From Octopus vulgaris (taxonomy: Eukaryota): a DNA stretch of 64,000 bases. The position numbers were made by a program, and so were the translations under genes. The first letter of the stretch is position 1. The number at the start of each line of letters is the position of its first letter. The notes below the pieces were generated by a model. The model saw nothing but the letters and a program-made list of their open reading frames with translations, was not told the DNA's origin and did not search any database. Location: NCBI GenBank assembly GCA_951406725.2, contig OX597815.1, positions 52,948,001 to 53,012,000 of the forward strand, given 5' to 3'. Below, in pieces: positions 11,515 through 24,158 of this stretch.

Positions 11515-12148
11515 ATGATGGCCGTCCAATCGTGACCGCAGAAGACCATTGCTGACCTTCAGGAACATTGTGCACTCTAAGACTAACTTATGTTTTGCTT
11601 TTGCGGCACTGTTGATGGCTAATGAGCCCTGCTCTTGACAAGCATGCACGACTGCAAACATTGCAAACCAAGCTTTCCCCATTCACTACACCAGCAGTGC
11701 GCTTTTCGAACAGCACGCTTAAGTTCTTCAAGCAGAATACGTGTTCTCTCAAAAGTGCCGAACTCCCTTCTTAACCTGCTTCCTCCATCTGTGGCGATGA
11801 CAGGCATTGCTCTCCCAGTCAGTCTCCTACATATCACAGGCCTTTAATGAGAACTTGACACAATCCTTAAATCGCAGCCTTGGTTTCTGCCGGGGTCTCT
11901 TTCCATTCACAAGTTTCCCGTATAGCATTTGCTTAGGGATCCTGCTATCCTTCATTCTCTTAAGGTGTCTAGTCCAACGTAACCGGTGCTTGTGCACCAC
12001 CGCCCCAATACTCATGATATTAGCTGTCCTCAGGACCTGTATATCTGGACTTTTTTAAGGTTCAGCCAACATTCGGAATGTGTCCGAGACATCTCTGATG
12101 AAAGCGTTCAAGGTCCCTTACATGACGTTTGTAAAGGGTCCATGTCTC
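11515..12148 (-). mobile_element. RTE-clade LINE 3' end
   Basis: CETWTLYKRHVRDLERFHQRCL, HRLRWTRHLKRMKDSRIPKQMLYGKLVNGKRPRQKPRLRFKDCVK, C-terminal Cys/His finger remnants and a short 3' UTR ending in microsatellite. Confidence 0.85.
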
Positions 12149-12191
12149 ACATACATACATACATACATACATACATACATACATACATACA

Positions 12192-12225
<34 letters not shown>

Positions 12226-12333
12226 CATACATACACACACACACATACATACATGCATACATACATACATACATACACACACATACATACATGCATACAT
12301 ACATACATACATACATACATACATACATACATA

Positions 12334-14015
12334 CAGGAGTGGCTGTGTGGTAAGAAGCTTGCTTCCCGCGCATGCGTCGCTCTATTCGCTGTGTTAATTT
12401 TTGACGAGTCGGATGGAATTTTTTGTGCTACTTGGCAGCGGTTTGTCAGTGAATATTATACCGGTAGAAAAATGTATTCAGACCTTAGCGAGTATGAGCT
12501 GCCTTCGGCGGAAGAGGAGCTTGATAAGGCGATAAATAGAATGGACGAGTATTTGGAAAGAGTAAAGAGTTTTGTGAGGCTGCAGAGGTGAAGAAAAGGG
12601 AGATGGACCTAGCCGGATTGAAGGAGCTGAGTAAGATGACACAGAAGGTGGGCGATGACATAAAGGTATTACCGCCAAAAGGGTTATGAAAAATATGGGA
12701 AAGAAGGTCATTACCTACAATGTGTACTCAGTGGAGAGTAGGAAGATGGAGCAGATGGTGATGGAAAAAGTAGAAAAAGCATTGAAGGGGATTTCGAAGG
12801 AGATGACATATATAGCGAAAGAAAATGGATATGGGACGGTGGTTGTCCAGTTTAGGACAGCGAGAGAGGCAAAGAAACTGGTAAGTGCAACTATAACAAC
12901 GGAGGAAGTGGTACTTCTACCCACGTACCTGGGAAGAAAGACTTCTAAGGTGAGGATAGAAGGGATTCCACCCGATATAGAAGTGGTTTGGGTTGCGGCA
13001 GCCGTCCTCGTTGGAAGTGAGGTGGAGATGGCTGCCCTTCAAGCCACGGAAACAGAGGACGAAGGATGGAGAGGAAAATACTGGACCTCATTATACAAGC
13101 AGGGGAGAGGTGATTGATGAGTTTAGCGGAGACGGTGACGTTGGGAGAGATTGTGTTAAGAGTGTGGGTGGAGGGCAGAATCCAACGATGTTTAAATGTG
13201 GCCAAAAGAGCTACATTAGAGCGCATTGCCATCTGCAAAGGAAAACGACAGAAGAAGCGGTGGTGGAGACGGAGGAGAAAAAGGAAGAAGTGCAGATAGT
13301 GACAGAATAAAAAGAAAAAGAGAAAGAAGAGGAAGAACAGTCAGTGTGATGTGGGACCCCAGATCAAAGCCATCCCACCCAAGACCACTCAGACCCACCC
13401 TCCTCATACAGACACCAAACCCACCCACCCCTTCACCCCCACAGGAAAAAAGAAGAAAGAACAGACACCACAAAATTTCCAAGACCCCTCCCCGGTGAAA
13501 AAGGTTACGTGTACATGGAGGAGAGAGTGTTGTCACTCAGCGATGGGGAAAACGGTAAACGAAAGTTTAAATCAAAATCTAAGTGGCGAGTGGTGTTACT
13601 CATTGTGGGGGTGAATAACACACTTTTCATATTCTTATTTCTCAAGTTATCATTCATGTATCATTATTTTAATATTTTGATTTTAATGTTTTTCGTGTTC
13701 ATTTTCATGTGTCATTCATAGCATCATATTTTATTTTTGTTATATGTCTCCACATATGTTGTAGTGTCCGCCTCTATGTAATGCCTTTATGGCAATTTAA
13801 AAGAAATAAAGAAGCTTGCTTACCAACCACATGGTTCCGGGTTCAGTCCCACTGCGTGGTACGTTGGGCAAGTGTCTTCTACTATAACTTCGAGTCGACC
13901 AAAGCCTTCTGAGTGAATTTGGTAAATCCTGGTGTTGAATTGTTCAACTAAAAGCGGTGCTCCAGCATGGCCACAGTCAAATGACTGAAACAAGTAAAAA
14001 AGTAAAAGAGTAAAA
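12334..14015 (+). mobile_element. SINE family B copy split by an insertion (12334-12367 and 13809-14015)
   Basis: Head caggagtggctgtgtggtaagaagcttgctt resumes at 13809 as aagaagcttgcttaccaaccacatggttccgggttcagtccc, as in the uninterrupted heads at 31606 and 35378. Confidence 0.8.
12368..13808 (+). mobile_element. ORF1-only Tx1/L1-like non-autonomous retroelement with target-site duplication
   Basis: ORF1-like peptides (12686..13117 ...VVLLPTYLGRKTSKVRIEGIPPDI; RVWVEGR; degenerate knuckle FKCGQKSYIRAHC). No endonuclease or RT. A-rich 3' end. aagaagcttgctt is duplicated at 12352-12364 and 13809-13821. Confidence 0.7.
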
Positions 14016-14017
14016 GA

Positions 14018-14075
<58 letters not shown>

Positions 14076-15932
14076 AGCTAGATAGAAACATTGTTTAATT
14101 GAGATTAAGCTGCGTCGTTTTTAAAAACAGATTTTTTCACAAAGTTTGGCTGTTGTTTCTAACAGTTTGAACACCTTCTTAGTGTCTCCTCATTGGCTCG
14201 CTCTTAGATTGCATATGGATATCATATGCTCTTTCCCCAATTCAAGTTATTTATTAGTTATATTTGTTTCACTCAGTAATGAAGCCTCTGCTCCCACCAC
14301 CACCACTACCACAACCTTCATGAATTTAATCATGGAGAAACCTGTCTCCAAAGTAACAGACTTACAGTAGCACCTACCAAATTCGCCGTCTCCATTCATG
14401 TCAGCGACCAAAGAGAATAACAGAAACATACACCACATGCACTAAATAGCAAAATACTAGTAATTATATACAGCGATACTGCAATATTAACAGCAAATAG
14501 AAAACATGGTAAACGAAGAAAAACAGCGCACGGTAAGGCTCCGCACTTGGTCAAATATTAAGCATCAATAACATTAGTGTACGATACGAACAATTAATTC
14601 ATTTGCTCTACACCCGTCCTTCAGCGGCCTATAATCTCTGCAAACTACTAAATTAATCTAGTAGGAAGTCTTTATGGGGTTATTTGATTTATTAGAAATA
14701 GCAACCAATTTTCTCTCAAATCACACTCGATTGTTTTTAAAAATAAAGGATGTGAAAAGGGTGTGCAGTTACGGATATAACACCTTTCATTACACTATGT
14801 AAGAAATTAAATTTTTGTTTTTTTTCACTTAGGTCACTAAGTGTTATTTCCTATTTGCTTCTATCTAGAAATCAAAGAAAATGACTACTATTCCTTTCAA
14901 ACTTTACCTTTGTGACCTGGGCATCAACATTTTGGAACTGACTTATTTTCCATTTCATTTCTGAAAGATTCAGCACTGAGTTGCTGAAGCAGAAATATTT
15001 TTATAACAAATATTCTGCTCAATACCACAGAATTGCTTGTCAGTTGCTTGACTTTAACAACTTCAGCATGTTCCTTAGTGGCTCAGAACTTGAGCATCTC
15101 TGGTCATGAGCAGGAGTAATAGTGGGGGAGTATCATAGCCATGAGTTGAGAAGGATTCTTTGGGGCCTGAATATATATAAAAAAAAGAAGTTTGAAGGAA
15201 ATAACCATTTTTCATATTTTCTAGGGGTAAACAGATCGAAATAACAGTTGCTACCCAATGACAAAAATTGTGTTACATAGCGTCATAGATTTGGCTTACA
15301 CATCGACACACAGTCAGGACTACATGACAACTGACCAAATTAACTGTAGTTGTCGGGAGCAACATCATCATACTCAACAACAACAACACCAATAACAACA
15401 TTCAATAATGCGAGTCAAAGAGAAATTGTAATATGGCTACATGATTTGCTAGAAATAGCAGCCAGATCACCCTGAAATTTTACCTTACCGTATTAAAACG
15501 AAAGACGTGTTGGGTAATGTAATTCGAAATGTGCCGTACCACAAAAGTAGATGTAATGATCATGGCTGGAATGGTTTTGATCATAGATCTACTCAAACCG
15601 AGCCAATTTGAAGTTAAACAAGACACTTAAACTAACGAATGAAGCACCTGATTATTCACTCACTCACTCACTCACTCACTCACTCACTCACTCACTCACT
15701 CACTCACTCACTCATTCACTCACTCTCCCCTCTCTCATTCACTCAGTAATGGGTCAATCAATCAAGAAATCATTAGCTAGTATGACTGATAGAACTTTCG
15801 GGATGTTGTCTAAGAAAATATATGGAAGACACGCGAGAAGTTAACCATCAAAACCTCCTAACGTAATGACGGGAACAATTAGTCAATCCATTGATCATCA
15901 ATCACTGACTCTTTCAATCATCTAATAAGTTA

Positions 15933-16510
15933 AGGCGGCGAGCTGGCAGAAACGTTAGCACGCCGGGCGAAATGCTTAGCAGTATTTCGTCTGTCGTTAC
16001 GTTCAAATTCCGCCGAGGTCGACTTTGCCTTTCATCCTTTCGGGGTCTATAAATTAAGTACCAGTTACGCACTGGCGTCGAAATAATCGACTTAATCCGT
16101 CTGCCTGTCCTCGTTTGTCTCCTCTATGTTTAGCCCCTTGTGGGTAGTAAAGAAATAGGTATTTCGTCTGCCGCTACGTTCTGAGTTCAAATTCCGCCGA
16201 GGTCGACTTTGCCTTTCATCCTTTCGGGATCGATTAAATAAGTACCAGTTACGCACTGGGGTTGATATAATCGACTGAATCCGTTTGTCTGTCCTTGTTT
16301 GTCCTCTCTGTGATTAGCCCCCTGTGGGTAGTAAAGAAATAGGTATTTCGTCTGTCTTTACATTCTGAGTTCAAATTCTGCCGAGGTCGACTTTGCCTGT
16401 CATCCTTCCGGGTTCGATGAATTAAGTATCAGTTGCGTACTGGGGTCGATCAAATCGATTGGCCCCCTCCCCTCAAATTTCAGGTCTTGTGCCTAGACTT
16501 GAAAAGAATC
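15933..16510 (+). mobile_element. SINE family A with one tRNA-like head and three tandem ~180-bp body units
   Basis: Head ggcggcgagctggcagaaacgttagcacgccgggcg; unit gtatttcgtctg...ccgaggtcgactttgcctttcatcctttcggg...agtaccagtt starts at ~15982, ~16159 and ~16343. Confidence 0.85.
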
Positions 16511-17117
16511 ATCTAGAGTAGAAAAGAATCGTCTAATAAGTCAATGAATCAATTTGACTCTTTGTATCATTAGAGGGGATTTGGATCGATCAGGAAATAT
16601 GCAATTTGTCTTCATTATAAAGTTTAGTGATTATATAGTGATTTCTGACAGCTACAAGTTTGCGGTACCAGTTCTCAAACCTGAGTGTACTCAATTATAT
16701 TGAATCCAGAACATACTGAACATTATTTTATGATAGTGGAAGTTAAAGAAGGCAAAGTTGACCTCGGTAGAATCTAAACCTAGAAAAACATGAATTTTAT
16801 TGACCTGGTTCAATGAAACAAAATCTGGAAATCCTAGTAAATTTGTGAAGGTTAAGCAACAATAAATCAGAAGAATTTATAGGTTGTCAGGGATGTTAGA
16901 CTTTCTTATCACGCCAACTTAATTTATTCAACATTCCACGAACTTTTTCTTTTGTTAAACGAAGTTTGACAGACAGCTTATTCACTCTTTCCCATTGCTT
17001 CATTACCCAACATCGAATGACGTTGCAAGTAGAATATAACAGATGTATGTAACTGATTCTTGGGGGTGAAAAGGATCTCACAGTTTTAATCACACAACTC
17101 TAATACATCAGTAAAGT

Positions 17118-17218
<101 letters not shown>

Positions 17219-17470
17219 GTAAAACACTCATATGTACAAATTTACACAAAAAACGTGTACGCAGTTACGAGTACGAGTATGTTCTTTACATTTGCAGAAT
17301 CTAGCCGGTCATTAATAAAATGGCTTGGTTCTAAGGTTTAAACCAAGCCAACTCTTTGTAGTTCTCTAATTGATTGAGGTGTGCATATATGTTTATGCGT
17401 GCAGATAAATTTTACTCGTGTATTGTGTTTACGTGTCATGTTAGTACACAAGTGTCTAGTTGTCATTAAC

Positions 17471-17544
<74 letters not shown>

Positions 17545-17589
17545 TGTATATATGATTATGTACATGTGTCCACCAAGGATCCTTAAATA

Positions 17590-18541
17590 TAAAATCCCTG
17601 AAACATTTTACAGTTTCACTGTACTACTACGCCATTGAATTCGGAGAATATGAATCAGTCTTGTCTGTACTTTTATGTTCTGTTTTGTTTTATGCAGATC
17701 TATTGTTGCATAGCCCAGTGCACCTATGATATTAGATACATATGACCATCTATAGCCTGGATATGAACTGTCATTTTCTCATCAGTTCTCCATAGATTTT
17801 TTTCTTTCTCCAAATTTTAAGGTGACAGTCATATCTTCCAGGGGCAGCTGATCTCGATAACTGTGTATCACTTTTGATTCCTGTCCTACACATCTATATT
17901 TGGCCTTTTGTGCTTACACTGCATTGTTGCTTTCATTGGAATGTTCCACCAGATATTTATCTGAAAGGAAATCTCGTTTCGATCAATTTCTGTTGCATCC
18001 ATCTTTTGACAAATGGTAATTGCAGCACAGTACGAACATAAGCTTAATGTTAAAAAATTGAGATTTTCGATCTCTGCCAGTTTCATAGTTACTTGGTTCA
18101 TTACAAACAACATCAAGTCAACATGTTTTCTTTCAAGTTATGCGGTAACTGTTCTCACCTGTAATTGTTTATTAATGTAAATGGTGAAGTTTTGTTTGAA
18201 TTTTCTTGCTAACTGTACTTTCAGTTGTTTATGTTCTTAACTCACTACTGCTTCTTGTTTATAATCAGTAACAGCTTGTTCATATAATGGTGGCATGTTC
18301 ATCTCAGTTTTATTGTTATTGCGTCAGTCCATGCTGTGTATGGTTTTCTCAGAAGAATTCACTAGTTTGGTCGGACTCCTATTTAATGCATCAGTTTGAT
18401 TGTAAGTTGGAATAATAACGAATTTTTTCTCAACGACGATTACCTGTCGCAGCTGTTTGGCACTAACGTAGGAGTAGCTTGAGTATTCTAGATCCAAGTC
18501 ACTCGTCATCCTTTCCATGTACCCATACCAGAAATCTTACC
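17590..18541 (-). mobile_element. Decayed, internally deleted R4-like RLE non-LTR element
   Basis: Minus strand: IWWNIPMKATMQCKHKRPNIDV*DRNQK*YTVIEISCP ... IIGALGY (RLE endonuclease). Preceded by an N-terminal-like segment (YSYVSAKQLRQ) with no RT in between. Confidence 0.6.
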
Positions 18542-18792
18542 TATATATATATATATATATATATATATAGGTAAGATTTCTGGTATGGGTACATGGAAAG
18601 GATGACGAGTGACTTGGATCTAGAATACTCAAGCTACTCCTACGTTAGTGCCAAACAGCTGCGACAGTAATCGTCGTTGAGAAAAATTCGTTATTATTCA
18701 ACTTACAATCAAACTGATGCATTAAATAGGAGTCCGACCAAACTAGTGAATTCTTCTGAGAAAACCATACACAGCATGGACTGACGCAATAA

Positions 18793-18797
<5 letters not shown>
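18310..18797. repeat. ~230-bp inverted repeat centred on a (TA)n tract
   Basis: 18310-18541 is the reverse complement of 18570-18797; the differences seen are four single-base deletions in the right arm. Confidence 0.95.
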
Positions 18798-18854
<57 letters not shown>

Positions 18855-18857
<3 letters not shown>

Positions 18858-19200
18858 CGCAGGCATGGCTGTGTGGTAAGAAGTTTGCTTCCCAGCCATA
18901 TGGTTCTGGTTTCAGGCCCACTGCGTAGCACCTTCCGAGTGAATTTGATTGGTGGAAACTCAAAGAAACCTGTCGCATATATGTATATACAGAAATGTGT
19001 GAGTCTGTCTCTGTTTTCCCCCACCTCCCACTGTTTGACAACCGATGTTGGTGAATTTACGTCCCCGTAAATTAGCGGTGCGGCAAAAGAGACGGATACA
19101 AAAAATAAGTCCTGGGATTAATTCATTGGACTAAAATATCTTCATGGTGGTGCCCCAGCATTGTCGCAGTCTAATGACTGAAACAAGTAAAAACTAAAAG
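18855..19200 (+). mobile_element. SINE family B
   Basis: aggcgcaggcatggctgtgtggtaagaag...ctaatgactgaaacaagtaaaa. Confidence 0.8.
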
Positions 19201-19249
19201 ATAGAATATATGTGTATTCTTTTATTCCTTGATATGTTTTAGCCCAAAG

Positions 19250-20209
<960 letters not shown>

Positions 20210-20321
20210 ATACAAAATGGTACAAGAACGCAAAACATCCAGACAGTTAGGTGATACAAAAAAAGGGCACAACAAAGCATCCAGATAGAAGATACAAAGA
20301 AAACAAGGACGGGTCATTCGG

Positions 20322-20416
20322 AGTTTTCTTTCCTCAGTCGAGTTCCAGATTATCTTTGCAATTTCGGCTGGTTATACTCGAGATTGCTCCAATCTGGCCA
20401 GCCCCAAGGGAAAACT
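20322..20416 (-). ncRNA. Candidate non-circularly permuted hammerhead ribozyme with kink-turn (copy 2), in a non-coding repeat ~20210-20597 abutting (TA)n
   Basis: Minus strand: AGUUUUC CCUUGG GGCUGG CCAGAUU GGA GCAAU C UCGAGU AUAA CCAGCC GAAA UUGC AAAGAU AAUCUGG A ACUCGA CUGAGGA AA GAAAACU. All five helices are Watson-Crick. Confidence 0.75.
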
Positions 20417-21144
20417 AAGCTAAGAGCATTAGATTCCTTTGAAGAAAGCAGCGAATATATACGAAAACAAGGACTGAAAAAAAACGGAGAATGTTACACA
20501 AATACAAAGAACAGGACATAACAACAGGTGTCTTTCGACTAAGGACGAATTAAATTAAGTTGGCGTGTGTGGAAGTAAAGCGTTACGGCAGGGGTACTAT
20601 TTAGTCATTTTATATGTAAATTTGAAGCAGTGAAGGAAGGAATAGTTGACAATATAGAAGCATAATACCTTTCTTAATACATACAACATAACTGCTCATT
20701 AACGCTTTCGTTATCATACCTATAGCTCATCTCGTGAATGGAAAAATGCCTTGTCCTATCTACCGAATACGCAGAAACTGAACTTAAAGTTCTAGCAAGT
20801 CTTTGTAAGTAATTCTTCATTGAGAAGTAACGTTAGAAACAAAATATGATAGATTAAAAGCATAGAAACCAAAAGACTGTTAAAGTACAATTACGTTTAT
20901 CAACAGTTCTTGTCATGGTGAAAATTTGTAGAACACTTCAGTACCTCACTCTGTGTGTCTGCTTGTGTGTGGGTGTGTGTGCTTGTGTGGGCGTGTGCTT
21001 GTGTGTGTTTATTCCTGGATGAATTTGGAGATGTATGCCAACTATATCTGAGATTAGTTGAAAGATTGCACAATTGTTTTTGGACAACAGTCAAATATCG
21101 ACGTGTGAGCACGTACGCACAACCACAACACACACACACATACA

Positions 21145-21217
<73 letters not shown>

Positions 21218-21242
21218 ATATATATATAGTATACATATATAT

Positions 21243-22495
21243 CCCATAAATAATGCGGTTTTTTCAGTTGCATGAAAAGTCGGAGGGAGACGGGTTAAAC
21301 TACCTGCATCAACTAGCTATAAAAGCAGGTTGTAATTTTACCTTGGACTTAATCTTAGTGCAAGTTTTGAAGAGTGCAGTTTGATTTCAGCAGTTATTTT
21401 TTCAAAGCTTTAATGGAAGTAACAAAGGAGTATATTCGGCATATTTTACTTTGAGTTCATTGAAGGTACCGACACAACGGAAAGTGCGAGGCTTATTAAT
21501 GCGGTATGCGAGTATCGGACAATAAGCGTAAGCCAATGTCAACGGTGGTTTCAGAAATTCCGAACCGGAAACTACAGCCTAGAATACGAGCCTCGTCCTG
21601 GAAGAACTGTAGAGCTCGATGAGGACGTCTTGCAAACCTTGGTAGAACAAAATCCCATTGTAGCTGTTGAGGAACTAGCAGAGAAGCTTGGATTTGGTCA
21701 TTCAGTCATTCATCGATACCTGCCTGTCATCGGAAAAGTCAGCAAATTGGGTCAATGGATCCTCACAACTTTCCGAGTCTAATCGCAGCGAGCAGAGAGT
21801 GAATGTGTGCTCTTCTTTCCTGTTACATCTCACGAATGAACCTTTTTTGGACCGAATAGTCACTGGTGACGAGAAATGGGTTCTCTATGAAAATGTCGAA
21901 GACTGTGGGTAGGGAAAAGAGAAACACCGGCATTGCAGGCTAAGGAAGGTCTTCACCCATGTAAGGTTTTGTTATTTGTTTGGTGGGATATGAAAGGTTT
22001 AGTTCACTTTGAACTTTTAAACCCCAACCAAATGATAACAAACGAGATCTACAGCAGGTAGTTTGAGTGGCTTAAGTCAGCTCTAGAAGAAAAACGACCA
22101 CCTTTGGTTTCATGACGAAACGTGTTCTTCCATCTGGATAATGTTTGGCCACATATAGCGAGGATAACATTCCTGAGGCTGGAGCAGTCTGAATGGGAAA
22201 CGATGCCCCACCCGACATATTCGCCGGACATTGCCCCATCTGATTATTATTTATTCTGCAGTCTCCAAAATCATTTGAACGGAAAAATATGAATTCTGTA
22301 GACGAGGTCAGAAGAGTACTGGAGGAGTATTTTTTATTACGAACAAATGAATTTTGGAAGAGGGGCCTTGCAAGTCTACCAGATAGATGGAAGAGCATTG
22401 TAGAAAATGAAGGAGAGTATATTTTAGATTTAAAAAGGAACTTTGTTTACCTTAATTTTGAAAATTAAAAGTATAAAAAATAATGCATTATTTAT
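21243..22495 (+). mobile_element. Full-length but decayed mariner transposon
   Basis: Inverted ends cataaataatgcggtttttt / aaaaaataatgcattatttat. Transposase remnants from ~21414: MEVTKEYIRHIL, WFQKFRTGNYSLEYEPRPGR, IVTGDEKWVLYEN, LDNVWPH, YSPDIAPSDYYLF. Confidence 0.9.
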
Positions 22496-22520
22496 ACAAA
22501 TACATACATGCATACATACA

Positions 22521-22556
<36 letters not shown>

Positions 22557-22560
22557 TATG

Positions 22561-22853
22561 ACGTGACCGACCAGGCTATCAGATGATGCTACACATCGCT
22601 GGTCACAATGCGCTTCGCATTGTTTTAGCCTTCAATGACGCCACCCCGCTGGCTAAGAGAGCAGGCCAACAGAAGAAAGAGTGAGAAAAAGTTGTGGCGA
22701 AAGAGTACAGCAGGGATCGCCACCATCCCCTGCCGGGGACTCGTGGAGCTTTAGATGTTTTCGCTCAATAAACACTCACAACGCCCGGTCTGGGAATCGA
22801 AACCGCGATCCTACAACCGTGAGTCCGCCCTAAACACTGGGCCATTGCGCTTC

Positions 22854-22856
<3 letters not shown>
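22561..22856 (-). mobile_element. tRNA-derived SINE (third family)
   Basis: Minus strand begins ggaagcgcaatggcccagtgtttagggcgg...ggtttcgattcccagacc (A and B boxes); bounded by microsatellites. Confidence 0.65.
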
Positions 22857-22943
<87 letters not shown>

Positions 22944-22946
22944 ACA

Positions 22947-24158
22947 TCATATATAAATGGAAATTTTTGTCTGTCGATCTGACTGTTACCATCTTGCTGC
23001 CTACACCAGTGAACCAACCTTGACGAAACTTTGCATATATGTTAGACCAACATCCAGTTCAATTATAGGCGAATTGGATTTCAATAAAAATCTATAACGG
23101 GGCCCCTAGGAGAGTTGGGATATTATTTGATAAAATGAGAAGGCTAAAAAGAGTGTTAGTGTGAGTGTTAGCGTGGCATAGTGAGTGTGGCTGATATCAA
23201 GGAAGGGGAGATCAGCATTGTGTAATTGACAAATATGGAGTGGCAGTGGGATGTTAACATTAATACAGCTGTCATTCATAGATATACACGTGATGTTGCA
23301 TACATACTTTAGTAAATACATAGACACATGTATACACACACTAGCACATACACATAAGAAGCTTTTAAAACGCCGAGGATGGGAAAGAAAAATGAGTGTG
23401 AGAGATACGTAGCTCTCTGGAGAGAAGGGGTAGGTGGCTTTTCCTCTGTCCATCACAATGAAACACTCATACAGAGACATACATATACATACATGTATAT
23501 ACATAAGTTCGTACATACTTATATCTACTATACACTATTTTAAACTCGTGATTAACTATATGTACGTTTATAAGTTTGTGTTTGTGTGACGTCCTATAAC
23601 AGACTGTCTCTCTACTTTCGTAGAGTCTTCCCTGCAGCTGCAACATAGTGTGAAATTTTGATATTACGTCAAAGTTTTCAAATTTGGTATATTAAAATAA
23701 TTTCTGAGTTTGTTATTTATTTGTTGGAGAAAAATTGCAGAAAATATTACTGAGGTTTTAAGTTTAATCAATGTTACCTAATCAGAAAACAGGATTTGGA
23801 AGCTGGCATTTTCTACATGATAGCTGTCTATCACAAAATGAAAGCAAAATTGTTACGAGGAGGATTGTCTATTAAACAAAACGAAAGCAAAGCATTACGA
23901 TGACCAAAGTTGTAAGAGCTTCTGAAGTTTTAATGAATCTTAATGAATAATGTTAAGTGAAACGATCGAACAGACACGTAAATAATTTCAAAAAGAAAGA
24001 ATATCCTCAAAGAAGTCTTTTTGCAAAAAATTACACAAATCTTTCCTGATCAAGAGACTTATCTGTCGGGGAAAGCTTAGTCTAACAAAGAATACACAAA
24101 AATTGATATGACATTCTATTCTGAAAATTGCTCGGCAACGACGGGCTATTCAGCAAGT
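22947..24158 (+). mobile_element. Possible non-autonomous Helitron
   Basis: 5' tcatatataaatggaaatttttgtctgtc; 3' GC hairpin gctcggcaacgacgggc followed 7 nt later by caag-t, where the Helitron consensus is CTRR. No coding capacity. Confidence 0.5.

Noticed and set aside
11986-12591. 201-aa ORF
   Set aside because: Chimeric read-through of antisense RTE, (CATA)n, a SINE head and the start of the ORF1-only insert.
14826-15262. Possible MITE (gtgttatttc ... gaaataacag inverted ends)
   Set aside because: The inverted match is short and no target-site duplication was found.
15982-16500. Regularly spaced repeats suggestive of a CRISPR array
   Set aside because: Whole ~180-bp units repeat with no unique spacers; eukaryotic SINE context and no cas genes.
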